Positions 26,858 through 32,000 of a stretch of DNA of 32,000 nt are shown piece after piece. The notes below the pieces were generated by a model. That model ran no database searches and had not been told where the DNA came from. It saw only the letters and a list, made by a program, of their open reading frames with translations. Numbering within the stretch: the first letter of the stretch is position 1; every line of letters starts with the position of its first letter. The DNA is from Cylindrospermopsis raciborskii Cr2010 (GTDB lineage: Bacteria; Cyanobacteriota; Cyanobacteriia; Cyanobacteriales; Nostocaceae), in the NCBI RefSeq assembly GCF_003367075.2, contig NZ_CP065936.1, forward strand, positions 1,650,001 through 1,682,000. Reading direction: 5' to 3'. The translations under genes were made by a program, and so were the position numbers.

Positions 26858-29119
26858 ATGAGTTCCCAACAACCACCCCGAAAACCCCAAACCTTTCTTG
26901 GTCAAATCACTCAAGCTGTAAATACCATTCAAGCTAGAGTAGACTTTTCTAAACTAGCTTTAAAACCCAATGCCAAAGTACCGGAACTGTGGGTGCAAAA
27001 CGGGGAAGAAAGCCAAACCTATCCCCTATTGGGAGAACGTTACATTTTAGGTCGCAGTTCCAGATCCTGTGATATCATCGTTCCTAACCCAGTAGTTAGC
27101 CAGGTTCACCTTTCCCTCACTAGGGACTCAAGCCAAAACAACCCGGTCTTCACTATCAAAGACGAAAATTCCACTAACGGTATTTACTTAGGAAAACGCC
27201 GAGTCAAATCTCTCAAACTTAGACATGGTGATATTGTTACCCTGGGTCCACCAGAACTAGCTGCTTCAGTAAGTCTTGAGTATCTTGATCCACCCCCTGC
27301 TCATATTAAATTTCTTACTTGGGGAATGTATGGTATCAGTGGTATTACTGCCTTATTTGCCCTGGCCATCGTTTGGGAATGGACAAAATTTGACGTTAAC
27401 CCCCTACCCACCGCAACCAGTGGACCAGTAGTAATTTATGCCCGGGATGCCTACACCCCATTGCGAGAACCCCGCAATATCTCTCACGTAGATCTTAAAG
27501 AAATAGCAGATTTCGGTCCTTACATACCCGGTGCAGTAGTCGCTTCGGAGGACAGTCGCTATTATTGGCACTTTGGAGTTGACCCCCTAGGAATTTTGCG
27601 GGCAGTATTCATTAACACACAGAGTGGAAATGTGCAACAAGGGGCTAGTACGGTTACCCAACAGCTTGCACGGAGTTTATTTCGTGATTATGTAGGTAGA
27701 CAGGATTCTTTAGGAAGAAAAATTCGTGAAGCTATTGTCTCCTTAAAATTAGAAACCTTTTATAGCAAGGATGAGATCCTGCTTACCTATTTAAACCGAG
27801 TATTTTTAGGAGCTGACACTTCTGGTTTTGAAGATGCGGCTAAATATTACTTTGAAAAATCTGCCAAAGAATTAACCCTGTCAGAAGCAGCAACTTTAGT
27901 GGGAATATTACCTGCACCCAATGGGTTTGACTTTTGTGGAGATGGACCTAGGAAATTAGCAGCAGCAGATTATCGGAATCGGGTCATTCGACGCATGTTA
28001 GATATGGGTACGATTAATTCCACTCAAGCAAATCGAGCCAGAAGATCTCCTGTACAATTCAGTCCTAAAGTTTGTGAAAGACAAGCTAAAACTATTGCTC
28101 CCTATTTTTACAACTACGTTTTTCAAGAGTTAGAATCAATTTTGGGTGCAGGAGCAGCCAGAGAAGGTAACTACATCATTGAAACTAAATTAGACCCAGT
28201 AATTCAAGCTAAAGCTGAGTCAGCCTTGCAAAATTCGGTAAATAAGGTTGGCTCCAACTTGCGATTTTCCCAGGGAGCAATTGTGACCCTAGATGCCAAA
28301 ACTGGGAGCATATTAGCCATGGTCGGGGGGAAAAATTACAAAGAAAGCCAATTTAACCGTGCTATACAAGCTCAAAGACAACCTGGATCTACTTTTAAAG
28401 TTTTTGCCTATGCTGCAGCTATAGAAGCAGGAATACCCACCTATAAGAGCTATTCTTGTAATTCTTTTCCCTGGGGAGGATTTACCTATAGACCTTGTCG
28501 CAGTGGGGGTGGTAGCTTAGATGTAGCTACCGGTTTTGCACTGTCAGAAAACCCTATTGCTCTAAGACTTGCACGGGAGGTAGGATTAAATAAGGTAGTA
28601 GAAATGGCCCAGAGGTTAGGGATAAAATCCTCCTTGGAATCAGTTCCCGGTTTAGTTCTGGGTCAAAGTGTAGTCAATGTTCTGGAAATGACCGGTGCGT
28701 TTGCAGCAATTGGCAATCGAGGAGTATGGAATCCTCCCCACGCTATTACCCGAATTCTAGATAGTAGTGATTGTGAAGATCGGAATAATTTAAAAACCTG
28801 TCGGGAGATTTATTCCTTTACTCAAAATCCCAAAGCTAATCAAACAGTGTTAAAAAAGAATGTAGCTAACACTATGACTGACATGATGCAAGCTGTGGTA
28901 GCTAGGGGCACTGGTCGTGCTGCTTCCATAGGAATGGGTGAGGAAGCAGGTAAAACTGGAACCACAGATAAAAATGTGGACTTGTGGTTTATTGGTTTTA
29001 TTCCCAGTCGTCAATTGGTCACTGGTATTTGGCTGGGTAATGATAACAACTCTCCTACCCTTGGTAGTAGTGGTCAAGCAGCACAGTTATGGGGAAATTA
29101 TATGCGACAAATTAAGTAG
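26858..29119 (+). CDS. Class A penicillin-binding protein (GT51 transglycosylase + transpeptidase) with N-terminal FHA domain
   Basis: An FHA pattern (LGRSS..CDI......VSQVHL....D.NSTNGIYLG) is followed by a transmembrane helix. GT51 motifs EDSRYYWHFGVD and GASTVTQQLAR come next, then the transpeptidase motifs STFK, SEN and KTGTT. Confidence 0.9.
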   Translation: MSSQQPPRKPQTFLGQITQAVNTIQARVDFSKLALKPNAKVPELWVQNGEESQTYPLLGERYILGRSSRSCDIIVPNPVVSQVHLSLTRDSSQNNPVFTIKDENSTNGIYLGKRRVKSLKLRHGDIVTLGPPELAASVSLEYLDPPPAHIKFLTWGMYGISGITALFALAIVWEWTKFDVNPLPTATSGPVVIYARDAYTPLREPRNISHVDLKEIADFGPYIPGAVVASEDSRYYWHFGVDPLGILRAVFINTQSGNVQQGASTVTQQLARSLFRDYVGRQDSLGRKIREAIVSLKLETFYSKDEILLTYLNRVFLGADTSGFEDAAKYYFEKSAKELTLSEAATLVGILPAPNGFDFCGDGPRKLAAADYRNRVIRRMLDMGTINSTQANRARRSPVQFSPKVCERQAKTIAPYFYNYVFQELESILGAGAAREGNYIIETKLDPVIQAKAESALQNSVNKVGSNLRFSQGAIVTLDAKTGSILAMVGGKNYKESQFNRAIQAQRQPGSTFKVFAYAAAIEAGIPTYKSYSCNSFPWGGFTYRPCRSGGGSLDVATGFALSENPIALRLAREVGLNKVVEMAQRLGIKSSLESVPGLVLGQSVVNVLEMTGAFAAIGNRGVWNPPHAITRILDSSDCEDRNNLKTCREIYSFTQNPKANQTVLKKNVANTMTDMMQAVVARGTGRAASIGMGEEAGKTGTTDKNVDLWFIGFIPSRQLVTGIWLGNDNNSPTLGSSGQAAQLWGNYMRQIK

Positions 29120-29139
29120 CTAAGACGGGGCGATTTATA

Positions 29140-30177
29140 ATGCGTGTTTTACTTTCTGGTTATTATGGCAAGGGTAATGGTGGTGATGAAGCTCTCTTGG
29201 CTACTCTTTTACAAATGCTACCACCTCACATCACTCCCGTAGTTCTGTCCGGTAGTCCCCAACTAACCACTACACATTATGGGGTAGAAAGTCATGACCG
29301 GATGGCATTTATCCCCTTGATTCGAGCTTTACGCTCTTGTCAAGGATTTATATGGGGTGGAGGTAGTTTAATGCAGGATGCAACCAGTAGTATTAATCCC
29401 TTGTATTATGGGGGATTAATGGCTTTGGCCCAATTTATGGGTCTAAAAACCATAGCCTGGGGCCAGGGTATAGGTCCCCTATCCCTACCACAAAACCGTT
29501 GGTTGGCTCAAAGAAATTTTGCCGGTTGTTTGGGTGTGAGTGTGCGCGATCGCTCAAGTGCTGGGTTATTATCAGGTTGGCACATACCACATATCCTAGC
29601 ACCTGATCCAGTGTGGGGTTTAGCATCTGAGTCAGTACCAGAATTAGCGGGTCTACCAAAACCACGAATTGCAGTTACCTTGAGAAAACATCCCCAGTTG
29701 ACACAGGATAGATTAGCAAATCTAATCCGTGGATTGGTTGATTTGCAAAAACACACCCAAGCATTTATCCTAATTCTACCATTTCAAAAAACCGAAGATT
29801 TAGAAATTGCCCAACAAATTCACTCTCAATTACCAAATAATAGCCAGGTTTTTTGTTTAGATAAACCACAAATTTTAAAAGGCGCATTTAGAGGTGTGAA
29901 TATGGTAATAGGAATGCGTCTACATAGTTTAATTATGGCTGCTAGTGAAGGGTGTCGTTGTTTTGCTTTAAGTTATGATCCTAAAATCAACAGGTTGATG
30001 GAAGATTTACCCATACCAGGTTGGAATCTTCCAGATTTACCCGATGATCCTAATTTAATTGCCAAAACTTGGTTGGATTTCTATCACAATACCGAGTCTT
30101 TGTCAAGAGATAAATTACAGTCTCTGTTGGATGGTTCCCTGTTACACCGCGACTTGTTGTACCGAGTATTTAATTAG
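29140..30177 (+). CDS. csaB: Polysaccharide pyruvyl transferase CsaB
   Basis: Has the N-terminal GYYGKGNGGDEALL motif and overall CsaB-like length and pattern. Confidence 0.8.
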   Translation: MRVLLSGYYGKGNGGDEALLATLLQMLPPHITPVVLSGSPQLTTTHYGVESHDRMAFIPLIRALRSCQGFIWGGGSLMQDATSSINPLYYGGLMALAQFMGLKTIAWGQGIGPLSLPQNRWLAQRNFAGCLGVSVRDRSSAGLLSGWHIPHILAPDPVWGLASESVPELAGLPKPRIAVTLRKHPQLTQDRLANLIRGLVDLQKHTQAFILILPFQKTEDLEIAQQIHSQLPNNSQVFCLDKPQILKGAFRGVNMVIGMRLHSLIMAASEGCRCFALSYDPKINRLMEDLPIPGWNLPDLPDDPNLIAKTWLDFYHNTESLSRDKLQSLLDGSLLHRDLLYRVFN

Positions 30178-30195
30178 TATGGTAAGGATGTTAGT

Positions 30196-30492
30196 TTATT
30201 TACCTTTAGTTTCTAGATTTTGTACAGCTTGACTAAAACCCAAGACAATTAAAATATTAGCAAGAGTTAAGAATAACTCAGCACTGCCATGAAGCCAGTC
30301 TATATTTGCTAGAGCTTCTTGGTAGGCAATCTTGGCGTAAATACCAGCTGGAATGGTAACGCCAACAAATACTAAAGTGCCATAGAATCCATAGAGTGCT
30401 AAACGTGGCATTTGTGGACTGCGACTGATAAACCACAAGAAACCCAAATAGGGGAACAAGGAGAGAGCAAATAGAGTTTCTTTTGAGATCAT
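30196..30492 (-). CDS. Small conserved membrane protein (DUF3593-like)
   Basis: A 98-aa protein with three hydrophobic helices. It lies immediately downstream of, and probably in an operon with, the ycf49-like gene. The family name is from memory. Confidence 0.6.
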   Translation of the reverse strand: MISKETLFALSLFPYLGFLWFISRSPQMPRLALYGFYGTLVFVGVTIPAGIYAKIAYQEALANIDWLHGSAELFLTLANILIVLGFSQAVQNLETKGK

Positions 30493-30498
30493 GACGGT

Positions 30499-30825
30499 CT
30501 ACTCCTTATTTGAGATGTTAAGAACTCCACTGGCTCGAGTAGAACGCCAAACCCACACTGCTGCTGCCCAAAGAGTAAAATTACCTATTAGCGTGGTAGT
30601 AGCCTGGAGGGTAACTAACCATTCTAAGGACTGGGGATTATCGAAATAATGCCATGTACAAGCAGATAGGGCGCTAATTAAGGCGGGTATCATAGCTAGG
30701 GCAAATCCCCTCCAACTATGGTTTTGGGTCAGTTCGCCATATTTCCAGATGAGGGAAATGGCAACTACCCATTCAATGACACTAGAAATATGGATAATCC
30801 AGGTGGGAATTGAAAGAGCGTTCAT
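30499..30825 (-). CDS. Ycf49-like membrane protein (DUF2499)
   Basis: The MNALSIPTWIIHISSVIEW N-terminus is typical of Ycf49-like proteins. The track ORF extends to 30882, but the extra 19 aa look non-homologous. Confidence 0.65.
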   Translation of the reverse strand: MNALSIPTWIIHISSVIEWVVAISLIWKYGELTQNHSWRGFALAMIPALISALSACTWHYFDNPQSLEWLVTLQATTTLIGNFTLWAAAVWVWRSTRASGVLNISNKE

Positions 30826-30984
30826 GGGATTATAAATATGGCTTGGGAGAGCTTTGACTATTAAAATCAAGACTGCCCTCATTGCGGACTAACTCATATT
30901 TTATATCTACTGTTGGAGGAGCGCCAGTAGAAATTGTTAAACTTTATATTCATGATTTTCAGTTGTCCACTTGAAAAAAATCTC

Positions 30985-31013
30985 TTGACAAGCCAAAAAT
31001 TGTCTGTTATGAT
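30985..31013 (+). promoter_or_regulatory. Sigma70-type promoter candidate for tRNA-Ser
   Basis: TTGACA (30985-30990) is separated by a 17-nt spacer from TATGAT (31008-31013). The promoter lies about 28 nt upstream of the mature tRNA 5' end. Confidence 0.45.
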
Positions 31014-31040
31014 TGCTGTATCATAATTTTTAATAGACCT

Positions 31041-31132
31041 GGAGAGGTGGCTGAGTGGTCGAAAGCGGCAGATTGCTAATCTGTTGATGGAATCGTAAGG
31101 TCCATCCGAGGGTTCGAATCCCTCCTTCTCCA
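31041..31132 (+). tRNA. tRNA-Ser (anticodon GCU)
   Basis: The cloverleaf was read by hand. The acceptor stem is GGAGAGG/CTTCTCC (one G-U pair) and the anticodon loop is TTGCTAA. It has a long variable arm (class II) and a T-arm GAGGG-TTCGAAT-CCCTC. No CCA is encoded. Confidence 0.95.
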
Positions 31133-31170
31133 TTTAGCTCAACTAAAATTAACTTATTCACTAACTAGTC

Positions 31171-31944
31171 ATGGAAGTTATCCCAGCAATAGATCTATTA
31201 GAGGGGCGTTGTGTAAGACTCTATAAGGGTGACTATGCACAATCCCAGGTTTACAGCCATAACCCTGTAGAAACCGCTAAAATGTGGGCAGACCAGGGAG
31301 CAACAAGACTACATTTGGTAGATCTAGATGGAGCAAAAGCTGGTAGAGTAGTTAATCTATCTGCTATAGAGGCTATTACCAATGCTGTTTCCATACCTAT
31401 TGAGGTTGGCGGAGGAATACGCGACAGATCCAGCGTTATACAGTTATTTAGTCTTGGGGTACAGTGGGCAATTCTGGGGACTGTAGCAGTAGAGCAACCA
31501 GATTTGGTTCAAGGACTGTGTGAACAATTCCCCCACCAAATTATGGTTGGCATTGATGCGCGGAATGGTCTAGTTGCTATCAGGGGTTGGTTAGAAACTT
31601 CTCAAATTTTGGCCCCCCAACTAGCAACCCAAATGCAGGAATTGGGTGCCGCAGCTATTATTTATACTGATATAAACCGTGATGGTACACTTCAGGGACC
31701 AAACTTGGAAGCATTAAGAGGGTTGACATCTGCCATTTCCATACCCGTGATTGCATCTGGGGGTGTGGGTTCTGTTACTGACCTATTAACCTTATTATCT
31801 TTAGAACATCAGGGGGTTACAGGAGTAATTGTCGGTAAAGCCCTATATACTGGAGATATTAGTTTACCAGAAGCATTGCGGGCTATAGGTCCTGGAAGAA
31901 TTCAGGATATTCCACCCACTTTGGATTTCTCTAGTTTTGCCTGA
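31171..31944 (+). CDS. hisA: Phosphoribosylformimino-5-aminoimidazole carboxamide ribotide isomerase HisA
   Basis: Has the N-terminal [14 protein letters not shown] motif, DLDGA and the C-terminal GVIVGKALY motif. The 257-aa (beta/alpha)8 pattern fits HisA. Confidence 0.93.
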   Translation: MEVIPAIDLLEGRCVRLYKGDYAQSQVYSHNPVETAKMWADQGATRLHLVDLDGAKAGRVVNLSAIEAITNAVSIPIEVGGGIRDRSSVIQLFSLGVQWAILGTVAVEQPDLVQGLCEQFPHQIMVGIDARNGLVAIRGWLETSQILAPQLATQMQELGAAAIIYTDINRDGTLQGPNLEALRGLTSAISIPVIASGGVGSVTDLLTLLSLEHQGVTGVIVGKALYTGDISLPEALRAIGPGRIQDIPPTLDFSSFA

Positions 31945-32000
31945 ACTAAGTAGGGAGACACAATTATTTGTAGGATGAGTTTAATACGAAACCCATGGGG

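Noticed and set aside
30894-31133. 79-aa minus-strand ORF
   Set aside because: It overlaps the tRNA-Ser gene and its promoter in antisense, and its composition is AT-rich and low-complexity. It is spurious.

Overview
The window is cyanobacterial chromosomal DNA. It carries 14 copies of the HIP1 octamer GCGATCGC and photosynthesis-lineage genes (psbU, btpA, ycf49-like, PucC/BCD-like). Most of it is conserved housekeeping: thiC, an MDR dehydrogenase, an IMPase-family gene, a DEAD-box helicase, rimO, btpA, a VKOR-thioredoxin fusion, nadB, psbU, uppP, a PDZ/radical-SAM DUF512 gene, an ArsA/Get3-like ATPase, an ABC-2 exporter pair, bioY, lspA, an FHA-fused class A PBP, csaB, tRNA-Ser(GCU) and hisA.

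The accessory content sits at about 12.8-19.8 kb. Two sequence-identical 756-bp IS1-family elements lie in inverted orientation, each with its own 8-bp target-site duplication (TSD). An AT-rich Type II restriction-modification (R-M) cassette lies next to the second copy. Its endonuclease gene is cleanly split by that IS and can be rebuilt in silico as one 218-aa ORF, while the 505-aa N6-adenine methyltransferase is intact. The first IS copy landed exactly at the stop codon of a membrane-protein gene and adds an 18-aa tail read from the IS inverted repeat.

I cannot demonstrate a clearly novel multi-gene system from sequence alone. The most system-like candidate is the divergent pair at 23.3-25.6 kb: a small TerY-like vWA protein and a P-loop ATPase with a C-terminal PD-(D/E)XK nuclease motif. 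Other leads:
- a possibly structured RNA or repeat array in the 670-bp rimO/btpA intergenic region
- an 8.9-kb HIP1-free tract
- an A9 slippery tract in the IS transposase
- a 9-bp-arm palindrome in a divergent promoter region

All coordinates and motif calls were read by eye from the sequence. No database searches were run.
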